Source of the DNA: Dehalococcoidales bacterium
GTDB taxonomy: Bacteria > Chloroflexota > Dehalococcoidia > Dehalococcoidales > RBG-16-60-22
Reading direction: 5' to 3'
Assembly: GCA_028712355.1 (NCBI GenBank)
Contig: JAQTQH010000005.1
Coordinates: 1-44,849, forward strand
Length of the DNA stretch: 44,849 bases
The position numbers were made by a program, and so were the translations under genes. The notes under the pieces were generated by a model. The model was given only the letters and a program-made list of their open reading frames with translations. It did no database searches and was not told where the DNA came from. Numbering within the stretch: the stretch's first letter is position 1; each line of letters begins with the position of its first letter. Positions 18,619-26,855 of this stretch are shown here, in pieces.

Positions 18619-19182
18619 ATGATAATCCTGTATATTATCCTCGGTATTCTGGCGATACTTGTGATTTTCTTCATTGGGGCGTATAACGGGCTTGTCGGGC
18701 TGCGCAACCAGACCAAGAACGCTTGGGCGCAGATTGACGTCCAGCTTAAGAGAAGGTATGACCTCATTCCCAATTTGGTGGAGACTGTCAAGGGCTACCA
18801 GATTCATGAACGGGAGACGCTGGAAGCGGTGACCAGGGCGCGCAATGTGGCGCAGCAGGCATCTTCTGCAAGCGTCGCAGAACGCTCCAAAGTTGAGGCA
18901 GAACTGAGTTCGGCACTGGCCAGACTGCTCGTCGTGGTGGAAGCCTATCCCGACCTTAAAGCTAACCAGAATTTCTTGGCACTCCAGGAAGAACTCACTT
19001 CCACCGAAAACAAAATAAGCTTTGCCCGCCAGTATTATAATGACTCGGTACTCAAGTACAATAACCAGACCCAGATGTTCCCGTCCAATATCGTTGCCGG
19101 CATGACGGGCTTCAAGTCGGGCGATTTTTTTGAAGTTACCGTTACAGAAGAAAGGGCAGCGCCAAAAGTAAAATTTAATTAG
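18619..19182 (+). CDS. lemA: LemA family membrane protein
   Basis: It has an N-terminal TM helix, then YNGLVGLRNQ..AWAQIDVQLKRRYDLIPNLV..YPDLKAN..YYN, the LemA signature. The ATG at 18619 lies 5 nt after AGGAGG; the tracked GTG at 18613 overlaps the SD. Confidence 0.85.
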   Translation: MIILYIILGILAILVIFFIGAYNGLVGLRNQTKNAWAQIDVQLKRRYDLIPNLVETVKGYQIHERETLEAVTRARNVAQQASSASVAERSKVEAELSSALARLLVVVEAYPDLKANQNFLALQEELTSTENKISFARQYYNDSVLKYNNQTQMFPSNIVAGMTGFKSGDFFEVTVTEERAAPKVKFN

Positions 19183-19201
19183 TTAACGGAAAGTTAGAAT
19201 C

Positions 19202-20416
19202 ATGTGGGAGCAAATCAGGGCGAACCGGATGCGGTCGGCAGTGCTCGTTGCCTTCATGGGCGGGCTGCTGTTGGCGGTAGGTTATTTCCTCGGTCTTGCT
19301 TTTCTGGATGATGCTTATGCCGGGCTAATCATTGCAGCGCTGGTCTGGTTGGTAATGAATCTAGTCGCCTATTTCCAGGGCGATAGTATTCTGCTTTCCG
19401 TTTCCGGCGCCCGGAAAATCAGCCAGGACGACCTGCCGCGCCTTTATAACATAGTCGAAGAAATGAAGATAGCCTCAGGGCTGGCGAAAATGCCGGATAT
19501 TTATATTATCGACGACCCGGCACCTAATGCCTTTGCAGTGGGACGTTCGCCAGAGAAAGCATCCGTGGCGGTAACGACCGGTTTGCTCCAGCGCCTCAAC
19601 CGCGATGAACTACAGGGCGTTATCGGGCATGAGGTCGCTCATATTGTTAACCGAGATGTTCTGTTGATGTCACTGGCGGGTGTGCTGCTCGGAACGATAG
19701 TCCTGCTCGCATGGTACGCCAGTCGGATGATGCTCTACGGTGGTATGTCCGGCGGAAGGAAAAGTTCCCGTTCCGGAGGCGGTGGTGGGGGACAGGCACA
19801 AATAATCATTTTAGTAGTGGGGCTGGTCCTGATGATACTGGCGCCGATTGCCGCCCAGTTGCTGTATTTCGCCATCTCGCGCAAACGTGAATATCTTGCC
19901 GATGCTTCTTCAGCCCTGTACACACGCTACCCGGAAGGACTGGCATCGGCGCTGGAGAAGATTTCCGCCACGCCTCAACAGTTGAGGACTGCTAATAAGG
20001 CAACTGCTCCGATGTTTACCGTGAACCCATTCCGTCGCGAAGGCAGGGCTGCTGCCGACCTGAGCAGCACTCACCCGCCTATTTCAGACCGGGTACGAAT
20101 TCTCCGCTCTATGGCGGGAGTCTCCGCCGCCGATTACGAGCGTGCCTATGCGAAGATTAAGGGGAGGGGAGGGGTTGTTCCTGCCTCGGCGCTGAAAAGT
20201 ACACCGGAATCCGCCGCGATACGTCCGCCTTCAGGGGAACCCGGCGAAGATACGGCGGCGCGGGTCCAGCGCACGCGGGAAGCCTCCGACGCAGTATGGC
20301 GCACGGGTAGCTATAAAACCATCGATTGTGATTGTGGTACGAAACTCAAAGTGCCGCCCAGCTTAAAGGGCGCCCGCGTTCAATGCCCGCACTGCGGACG
20401 GATTCACACCGTTTAG
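19202..20416 (+). CDS. M48-family (HtpX-like) zinc metalloprotease with C-terminal zinc ribbon
   Basis: 404 aa with TM helices. The HEXXH motif is HEVAHIVNRD. A Gly-rich loop is present, and the C-terminus carries CDCG..x14..CPHCG. Confidence 0.85.
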   Translation: MWEQIRANRMRSAVLVAFMGGLLLAVGYFLGLAFLDDAYAGLIIAALVWLVMNLVAYFQGDSILLSVSGARKISQDDLPRLYNIVEEMKIASGLAKMPDIYIIDDPAPNAFAVGRSPEKASVAVTTGLLQRLNRDELQGVIGHEVAHIVNRDVLLMSLAGVLLGTIVLLAWYASRMMLYGGMSGGRKSSRSGGGGGGQAQIIILVVGLVLMILAPIAAQLLYFAISRKREYLADASSALYTRYPEGLASALEKISATPQQLRTANKATAPMFTVNPFRREGRAAADLSSTHPPISDRVRILRSMAGVSAADYERAYAKIKGRGGVVPASALKSTPESAAIRPPSGEPGEDTAARVQRTREASDAVWRTGSYKTIDCDCGTKLKVPPSLKGARVQCPHCGRIHTV

Positions 20417-21138
20417 GTCAGCGCCAGATTAATATAACTCGCCACGGTAATAGCCGCCGTGTCTACCCGCAGTACCGCCTCGCCCAGTGAGACCGGAATG
20501 AAGCCGGTAGCCTGCGCCCGTGCGACTTCCTCAGGAGTGAAGTCTCCCTCCGGACCGATAAGCACCATGATATTATGCGGTTTCTTTTCGGCGAGTAATT
20601 CCCTCAGGTATTGTTTTTTGCCTCCTAGCGTGGGAATCAGCTTGAGGTCATAATTTTGTGAGTGTTCTAAAATATTACTAATATCCGTCACTGGCGCTAT
20701 CCCGGGTATCGTGTTTCGCTGGCTCTGCTGCGTGGCACTCAAAGCGATTTTTTGCCAGTGCTGTTGCCGTGCTGTTTTTTTACGGTTATCCAGCTTGACA
20801 ATCACTCGTTCGGTTTCCATCGGGATAATCATGTCTACACCCAGCTGCGTCAACTTATCCACGATATCATCCATGCGGGTCTGCTTGGGAATGGCACAGG
20901 CTATCGTAAGATGCACGGATTTTAACGCTGTTGATTTCCGTGCTTTGATGTCGAGGGATACCTGCTGCTTATCTATCTTCTCAATCGTGCAGAGATATTC
21001 ATTGCCGGCGATATCAAAAGCAGCTACCTCATCGCCGACTTTCAAACGCAGTACTTCTCGGGCGTGGTGAAGCTGCTCCCCGTCATCGAGAATAATGTAG
21101 TTACCCGCTGGTTTATGGGTTACGTAAAAACGGTGCAT
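20413..21138 (-). CDS. rsmE: 16S rRNA (uracil1498-N3)-methyltransferase RsmE
   Basis: 241 aa. It begins MHRFYV, has a PUA-like N-terminal domain, and carries the C-terminal SPOUT motif LIGPEGDFTPEE..LG..VLR. Confidence 0.85.
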   Translation of the reverse strand: MHRFYVTHKPAGNYIILDDGEQLHHAREVLRLKVGDEVAAFDIAGNEYLCTIEKIDKQQVSLDIKARKSTALKSVHLTIACAIPKQTRMDDIVDKLTQLGVDMIIPMETERVIVKLDNRKKTARQQHWQKIALSATQQSQRNTIPGIAPVTDISNILEHSQNYDLKLIPTLGGKKQYLRELLAEKKPHNIMVLIGPEGDFTPEEVARAQATGFIPVSLGEAVLRVDTAAITVASYINLALT

Positions 21139-21225
21139 CTAAATATGACTGATTCTAACGGCAATAGCGGCAAAGTGTCAAACACAAACCGGATTGTGCC
21201 TTGTAATTGAGTTGCGGCAGAAAAG

Positions 21226-21250
21226 AAGGAGGGGGCTTTCGCCCCCCCTT
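21226..21250 (-). terminator. Intrinsic terminator after tubulin-like gene A
   Basis: The minus strand has a GGGGGGGC-GAAA-GCCCCC(U)CC stem followed by UUCUUUUCU. Confidence 0.5.
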
Positions 21251-21276
21251 GAAGATTATTCGCTTTTACCTTGTTA

Positions 21277-22455
21277 TTACGAGAGCAGGGAAGGAATATC
21301 TTTAGAGGCGTCTTCAATGACCTTGAGCTTGGTGGCGGTATCTTCCTGGCGCTTCCTCAACTCCGGGATAAGACTGGTAGATTTGGTGAAGTAGTTCCTG
21401 ACCTTTTCGACATCACTTAACTCGGACATGATTACGGTCACATCAACCGAACCCTTTTCGCGGGGGTAATCGCCGTTGCGGATGACGGCTTCCGGCGTCA
21501 CATCACGCATATAATCGCCGAGTTCCTTGACCATATCCATGTTCAACTCTTTGGCCGGACCGGAGACAAGGTACATCGCCCGGCGGGAATCCGCTGGATT
21601 GCACTTTAGGGAAAGTTCGCTCAGGGCTTCGTCCATTGCCTGGATACCCCTCTGGATTTCTGTGCCTTTCTTGCGGAAATCGCCTCCGGAAGTGGCAGGC
21701 AAACGGAAAAGCGGCACTTCAGAGCGTCCGTGACCTATTGCCGTCCAGCCGACGAGCGTCTGGATGATATCACCCGCATCCAGCAGCTTGGCGCCGATGT
21801 GTTTGGCTTTCTTTTCCTCACCGGCGCAGAGCAGGTTATAGAACGGTTCCACAATCAGGGAGTTTATTTTTGACAGGTTGAATTTGAGTGAAGAATCTTT
21901 ACGGACATAGCGCTGGTTGTCAAACAGGAAGACAGCATCGGCTACGGAATAGCAGGATTTAAGGCAGGTAGCCACGTTGTAGGCGGTCCGCTCTTCGGTG
22001 GTTTCTTCATGTTCAAAAGGCAGGACGATAAGATCATAGACCGGTTTGTCAATATAGCGTTGCTTCAATGCCTGGGTGATAACAGCAATTGCTCCGGAGC
22101 CCGTGCCGCCCGCCGCACTTGCCGCCAGCAGGAAGGCATCCGCCTCGAACAGTTTCTTGGCGGTTCGGATGGCATCTACCACTTTATCGCTGTCTTCTTT
22201 GGCGACCTCAGCGCCTACTTCGTTGATTTTACCCACGCCATGACCGCCAGTCTTTCTGCCGCCGATGAGGATTCGGTTACGGTAACTCTTGGGGATGACG
22301 GAGAGCCCGCTTAAATCAGCGGCATCGGTATTAACAGCAAAAGCTCCCATTATGATTTCCATGCCACGTCGGCTGTGGGCTCGATCGTTTAAACGGGCGA
22401 ATTCATCGACAATTCTGCCGCCGCATTGCCCCAGACCAACAACAACTAATTTCAT
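21277..22455 (-). CDS. Tubulin/FtsZ-superfamily GTPase, CetZ/tubulin-like (paralogue A)
   Basis: 392 aa. The T1 loop GLGQCGGRI is the tubulin/CetZ GQxGG type, not the FtsZ GGGGxN type. The T4 signature is AAGGTGSG and the T7-like segment is LLDAGDIIQTL. The C-terminal tail ends KDIPSLLS. Confidence 0.85.
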   Translation of the reverse strand: MKLVVVGLGQCGGRIVDEFARLNDRAHSRRGMEIIMGAFAVNTDAADLSGLSVIPKSYRNRILIGGRKTGGHGVGKINEVGAEVAKEDSDKVVDAIRTAKKLFEADAFLLAASAAGGTGSGAIAVITQALKQRYIDKPVYDLIVLPFEHEETTEERTAYNVATCLKSCYSVADAVFLFDNQRYVRKDSSLKFNLSKINSLIVEPFYNLLCAGEEKKAKHIGAKLLDAGDIIQTLVGWTAIGHGRSEVPLFRLPATSGGDFRKKGTEIQRGIQAMDEALSELSLKCNPADSRRAMYLVSGPAKELNMDMVKELGDYMRDVTPEAVIRNGDYPREKGSVDVTVIMSELSDVEKVRNYFTKSTSLIPELRKRQEDTATKLKVIEDASKDIPSLLS

Positions 22456-22498
22456 GCACCACCTCTAATCATAAATTTCATACTCTAATTTTGCCTTT

Positions 22499-22528
22499 AT
22501 TCTAAGCATACCTATTGAATATTGTCAA
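22499..22528 (-). promoter_or_regulatory. Sigma70-like promoter of tubulin-like gene A
   Basis: Minus strand TTGACA - 18 nt - TAGAAT, about 45 nt upstream of the ATG. Confidence 0.5.
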
Positions 22529-22607
22529 TTTAATCTTCAAAATCAAGCTTTAATCTCGGGGTTGATAGCTTGGTATAAAATATTTTCAATATAGGAATTT
22601 AGTCTTA

Positions 22608-22636
22608 TTGCAAAAGTACAGTGCGTGTAATAGAAT
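22608..22636 (+). promoter_or_regulatory. Sigma70-like promoter of the 719-aa repeat protein gene
   Basis: TTGCAA - 17 nt - TAGAAT, about 45 nt upstream of the GTG at 22682. Confidence 0.45.
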
Positions 22637-22681
22637 TATGGCGCAACCTTAAGAAGGCTCGTAAGGAAAAAGGTAAAGGCA

Positions 22682-24841
22682 GTGTCTCCCGAAACATTAG
22701 AAAATTTGGAAGGCAATATCGGGGAATTTGAAAAGGCCGTCGCGCGGGCGGAAAAGTTGAACCGCGCCGCCAAAGAGGCGTCTGAAGCATCGGCGCGGGC
22801 GGCTCAGGATGCGGCACTCCGTGCGGAGAAGATAAGCCGGGAAGCCAAGGAGGCTGCGGAAGACGCAGCCAGGTCTGCCAGTGAAGCAGCTACCCGTGCG
22901 GAAGGAGTGGCGAAAGAAGCCCGCAAAGCAGCGGAAGCATCCATGAAGGCAGCCCAGGAAGTGGTGCAGCAGGCAGAGAAAATAAGTCGGGAATCCAGGG
23001 AAGCTGCCGAAGCCACGATAAAAAACGCCCGGGAAGCCATTGCTAAAGCAGAAGAAACCGCCCGCGTTCCCAAAGATACTGCGGAAACAGTAGCCCGGGC
23101 TTTTGATGAAGCTATCAAACGCGCTGAAAAAATGAGCCACGAGGCGATGGCGGCTGCGGAATCGTCGCTTACCGCTTCTCAAGAAGGATTAAGCCACGTT
23201 CAGGAAATGAGCCGGGAAGCTAGGGAAAGAGCGGAAGCTGCCAGAATGGCATCCCAAGAAATGTTAGAGAGAGCGGAGAACGCCAACCGGGAAGCGAGAG
23301 AGGCCACAGACATGGCGACTAAAATGACGCGGGAGACGCTGACTCGCGCCGAGCGGATGAGTAAGTCCGTTCGTGACGCCGCGGATGCGAACAGCCGTAC
23401 GGCGAGAGAGGTGGCGGCGCGCGCGGAAAAAATCAGCAACGAAGCTCGTGAGACTGCGGAAGGTTCGGCACGGGTTGCTCAGGAAACCGCTTCTCGCGCG
23501 GAGAACACCAGCAAAGTCGCTAAAGATATTGCGGATACCTCACTGAGAACGGCTCAGGAAGTACGAACACAGATTGAGGCCCTGGAACGGGCAGCGAAAG
23601 AACAGACGGAAGCATCCGCCCGGACTGTGCAACAGGCAATGCGAAAAGCCGATGAAATCAACCAGGAACTAAAAGTAAGCGCCGAAGCTTCCAACAGAGC
23701 GTATCAGGAAGCAACTGAAAAGGCAACCCGGTCGGCTCAGGAAGCGACCGAGACAATGATGAAGACCTCACAGGAGGCAGTCTCGCGTGCCGAGAAAATA
23801 GTCCAGGAATTTAATGAAACGGTAGCCACGATTCGTAAATCCTTTGAGGACGCTATCCGTCAGGCTCAACAGGCGAGCCAGGAAGCTAAGCAGACTTCAG
23901 AAATGTCTGCCAGAGCTTCTCAGGAAGCCATCGCGCGTATCGAGATAATCAATAAAGAGGCAAAGGAAGCCGCGGAAGCTTCTATCAAGGCATCTAATGA
24001 TGCGGCAGAACTGGCTATGAGAGCTTCTCAGGAAGCCATCGCGAAGGCGCAAATAACGGGCCGGGAATCACGAGCGGCGGCTGAGGCTGCCGCAAAAACG
24101 GCGGAAGAGGCAGCCCAGGCATCTCAGAAGGATTCACAGGCGGCAATCGCCCGTGTCGGAGAGATGATTGCCATGATGCAAAAAACCGCTCAGGATGCGG
24201 CGCAGGCGGTTAATGAAGCAACCGCTGCTGCCGTAAGGGCCTCCGAAGACTCGGTTAAGCAAATGGGAGACTTAAGCCGTCAATCTCGTGCCGCGGCAGA
24301 AAATTCGGCACAGGCGTCGCAACAGGCTGCGGATACCATGGCAAAATCGACCCGCGAATCTACGGAAGCCACAATTAAGGCGGTAACGGAAGCTACCGAA
24401 GCAGCCGCCAGAATTACCCGGGAGGCTGCCCGGCAATCGATCAATGCTTTTGAAAATGCCATTCGTACTATAGAAACGGCGGGCAACGCGGCGCATAACG
24501 CCGCAGAGACTTCATTACAATCCTTTATTAATATGCCAAATGACGCTCCGTCATTAATGGAGGCTTCGGTAGTTCAGAGTACTCCGCTCCTGGCTGCTCC
24601 CGATGATGAGGGGACGGAGATTCTGGAAGAAGAAATGACTCCGGAAGTAGACCGTGAAGAAAATGATGACGTCCCGGAAAAAGAGATTACTAAGACCGTG
24701 AAGGCAGAAAACAGCGGAAACAAGAAGGGGGGAGCAGCATCACGCAAAAAGATTGAAGCCCGGCTGGCGTTCCTTTCCAAGATGTATGAAGCAAAACAGG
24801 CAAATCAGGAGGAAGAAGATACCGAAGCAGAGGACGCCTGA
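22682..24841 (+). CDS. Large Ala/Glu/Arg-rich helical repeat protein (719 aa) with a 25-residue repeat array and an acidic C-terminal tail
   Basis: A long open frame with a GTG start after a purine-rich AAGGAAAAAGG. It has 13 consecutive in-phase 25-aa repeats (consensus about RAEKiSrEArEAAEaSxxxAqEaxx), then units of 22, 25, 25, 36, 36 and 36 aa, and a 104-aa non-repetitive tail. No signal peptide or TM segment is apparent. Confidence 0.7.
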   Translation: MSPETLENLEGNIGEFEKAVARAEKLNRAAKEASEASARAAQDAALRAEKISREAKEAAEDAARSASEAATRAEGVAKEARKAAEASMKAAQEVVQQAEKISRESREAAEATIKNAREAIAKAEETARVPKDTAETVARAFDEAIKRAEKMSHEAMAAAESSLTASQEGLSHVQEMSREARERAEAARMASQEMLERAENANREAREATDMATKMTRETLTRAERMSKSVRDAADANSRTAREVAARAEKISNEARETAEGSARVAQETASRAENTSKVAKDIADTSLRTAQEVRTQIEALERAAKEQTEASARTVQQAMRKADEINQELKVSAEASNRAYQEATEKATRSAQEATETMMKTSQEAVSRAEKIVQEFNETVATIRKSFEDAIRQAQQASQEAKQTSEMSARASQEAIARIEIINKEAKEAAEASIKASNDAAELAMRASQEAIAKAQITGRESRAAAEAAAKTAEEAAQASQKDSQAAIARVGEMIAMMQKTAQDAAQAVNEATAAAVRASEDSVKQMGDLSRQSRAAAENSAQASQQAADTMAKSTRESTEATIKAVTEATEAAARITREAARQSINAFENAIRTIETAGNAAHNAAETSLQSFINMPNDAPSLMEASVVQSTPLLAAPDDEGTEILEEEMTPEVDREENDDVPEKEITKTVKAENSGNKKGGAASRKKIEARLAFLSKMYEAKQANQEEEDTEAEDA

Positions 24842-24889
24842 GAAAACCGGGTTAATTCACCAATCGTAGAAAATGAGGGAAAACCACCT

Positions 24890-24918
24890 TGACATTTAAG
24901 TAGGTACACCATATACTT
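24890..24918 (+). promoter_or_regulatory. Near-consensus sigma70 promoter of the 171-aa gene
   Basis: TTGACA - 17 nt - TATACT, about 48 nt upstream of the GTG at 24967. Confidence 0.55.
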
Positions 24919-24966
24919 GCGCTTGAATAACACTAAAAATATTAAATAGTTTACAGGAGGTAAGGA

Positions 24967-25482
24967 GTGCCGAGTACATCAAAAGAACATGCCAAGAAAA
25001 GCGCCCCGGCGGAAGGGAAAGCAGCGCAGGCGATTGAAGAGCTCAAGGGACTGGCTGCTGGAGTTGAAGAACCCGCTTCCAATCCATTAGATGAAGTCCT
25101 GGGACAGGCGGAGCGGGCATATGCCGCTTACATGGAAGCGGAACGACAGGTCGCCCGGGCTTACCGCGAAAATGAACTGCGAGTTACCGGTGCTTATGGT
25201 AAAACCGAGCAGCAACTTCAGAAAGATTACGAGAAGGCGATAACCCAAGCATTGCAAGCGCGGAACGAAGCAATCGAGCAGGCAATGCGCAATCGAGAGG
25301 ACACCATCCAGCATGCGGAATCCGATTTCAGGATTGCCCGAGAAGAGGCGGAAAAGGCTTATGAGACGGCAACGTCAGAAGCCATAATGTCGCGCCAGGA
25401 AGGCATTGAGAAAGCCCAGAAATCCCGCGATGATACTATTGCGCAGGCATGGGCGATTTATTCCAAGATGATGTCGCGGTAA
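24967..25482 (+). CDS. Small helical protein (171 aa), hypothetical
   Basis: GTG start directly after AGGAGGTAAGGA. The sequence is predicted helical and E/A/R/Q-rich, with an internal duplication (EKAITQALQARNEAIEQA.. / EKAYETATSEAIMSRQEGIEKA..). Confidence 0.6.
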   Translation: MPSTSKEHAKKSAPAEGKAAQAIEELKGLAAGVEEPASNPLDEVLGQAERAYAAYMEAERQVARAYRENELRVTGAYGKTEQQLQKDYEKAITQALQARNEAIEQAMRNREDTIQHAESDFRIAREEAEKAYETATSEAIMSRQEGIEKAQKSRDDTIAQAWAIYSKMMSR

Positions 25483-25519
25483 TTAAATACTTGCCTTAGC
25501 GCTCCAGAGATAGAACTGT

Positions 25520-25578
25520 AACAAACGTCCCCGCTTTGTTCTGGGATCTGCCGGGATAGCAAAGCGAGGACGTTTGTT
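25520..25578. terminator. Long-stem hairpin between convergent genes (bidirectional terminator candidate)
   Basis: AACAAACGTCCCCGCTTTG (25520-25538) pairs with CAAAGCGAGGACGTTTGTT (25560-25578) with one mismatch. T-rich sequence follows on the plus strand. Confidence 0.5.
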
Positions 25579-25583
25579 TATTC

Positions 25584-26759
25584 TTATAGCAGAGATGGGA
25601 TATCGTGAATGGTAACGTCGATGTCTTTCTGGCGGCTGGCGATGCCTTCCTGCCGTTTCTTGAGCGCCGAGATAAGTGAAATTGCTTTGGTAAAGTAGTT
25701 CCGGATTTTTTCGACATCAATTAGCTCGGAGAGAATCACGGTAACATCAAAAGACCCTCGCTCACGGGGGTAATCACCGCTCCGGATAACTGCTTCCGGC
25801 GCCATGCTCTTGAGGTAGGTGCCCAGTTCTTTGACAAGATCCATATTTATTTCTTTGCCGGGGGCTGAAATCAGGTACATGGCGCGTTTGCAATCCGTGG
25901 GATTGCACTTCAGGGAAAGATTGCTGATTGCCTGGTCCAGCGCGCGCGTACCTTTTTGAGTGTCGGTAGCTTTGTCCCGGAAATCGCGCTTTTCTCCGAA
26001 GAAGCTCTTGAAAAAGGAACTCTCCGACCGCCCGAAGCCAAGGGTCGTCCAGCCAACCAGCGTCTGGATGATATCACCGGCGTCCAGCATCTTGGCGCCG
26101 ATATGCTTGGGGTCCTTCTCTTCACCGGCGCAGAGGAGGTTGAAGAACGGCTCGACGATGATGTGGTTAATCTTTGAGAGATTGCCCAGTATCGGAGCGT
26201 CCTTCATGGCGAAGCGCTGATTATCTACCAGAAAGATAGCATCAGCCACCAGGTAGCTTGACTTGAGACAGGTAGCCACATTGTAGATGGTGCGGTCTTC
26301 TGTGATTTCCTCGTGCTCAAAAGGCAGGACAATCAGATTGTAGACCGGTTTATCAATATAGCGCTCTTTTATCTGCTGGGTCATTACCGGTATAGAACCG
26401 GAACCGGTGCCACCGCCCGCGGATGCGCAGAGCAGAAAAGCGTCGGTTTCCGCGAAGCGCTTGGCCATACGGATGGTTTCGATGACCTTATCTGCATCCT
26501 CGCGGGCGACCTCGGTGCCGAGTTCATTTATTTTGCCCACGCCATGTCCACCGGTTTTACGGCTGCCGATTAGAATGCGGTGCTCGTAATCAGGGCGTAT
26601 CGCCGTCAGTCCACTTAAATCCGCGACATCAGTATTGACCGCGTAAGACCCGGTGATAATATCCAGGTTGCGGAAAGTATGCGCCCGCGCATTCAAACGG
26701 GCGAATTCATCAGCGATTCTACCGCCGCACTGTCCCAGACCAACAACAATCAGTTTCAT
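25584..26759 (-). CDS. Tubulin/FtsZ-superfamily GTPase, CetZ/tubulin-like (paralogue B)
   Basis: 391 aa, colinear with paralogue A and roughly two-thirds identical by eye. It has GLGQCGGRI, GGGTGSG and MLDAGDIIQTL motifs. The C-terminus is HDIPSLL. Confidence 0.85.
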   Translation of the reverse strand: MKLIVVGLGQCGGRIADEFARLNARAHTFRNLDIITGSYAVNTDVADLSGLTAIRPDYEHRILIGSRKTGGHGVGKINELGTEVAREDADKVIETIRMAKRFAETDAFLLCASAGGGTGSGSIPVMTQQIKERYIDKPVYNLIVLPFEHEEITEDRTIYNVATCLKSSYLVADAIFLVDNQRFAMKDAPILGNLSKINHIIVEPFFNLLCAGEEKDPKHIGAKMLDAGDIIQTLVGWTTLGFGRSESSFFKSFFGEKRDFRDKATDTQKGTRALDQAISNLSLKCNPTDCKRAMYLISAPGKEINMDLVKELGTYLKSMAPEAVIRSGDYPRERGSFDVTVILSELIDVEKIRNYFTKAISLISALKKRQEGIASRQKDIDVTIHDIPSLL

Positions 26760-26788
26760 CCTTCACCTTATGATAGCAGAGTTGTGTT

Positions 26789-26818
26789 ATTTTACGCATC
26801 TAAAGGAGAGTATGTCAA
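26789..26818 (-). promoter_or_regulatory. Sigma70-like promoter of tubulin-like gene B
   Basis: Minus strand TTGACA - 18 nt - TAAAAT, about 30 nt upstream of the ATG. The architecture matches the promoter of gene A. Confidence 0.5.
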
Positions 26819-26855
26819 TCATCCCGTCAGATTAGGCACGGTAAAGGCGGATAAA

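Noticed and set aside
22697-24780. Several 68-161 aa minus-strand ORFs inside the 719-aa gene.
   Set aside because: They are low-complexity (R/S/F/G-rich) antisense shadows of the GAA/GCN-rich repeat coding sequence. No start signals are present.
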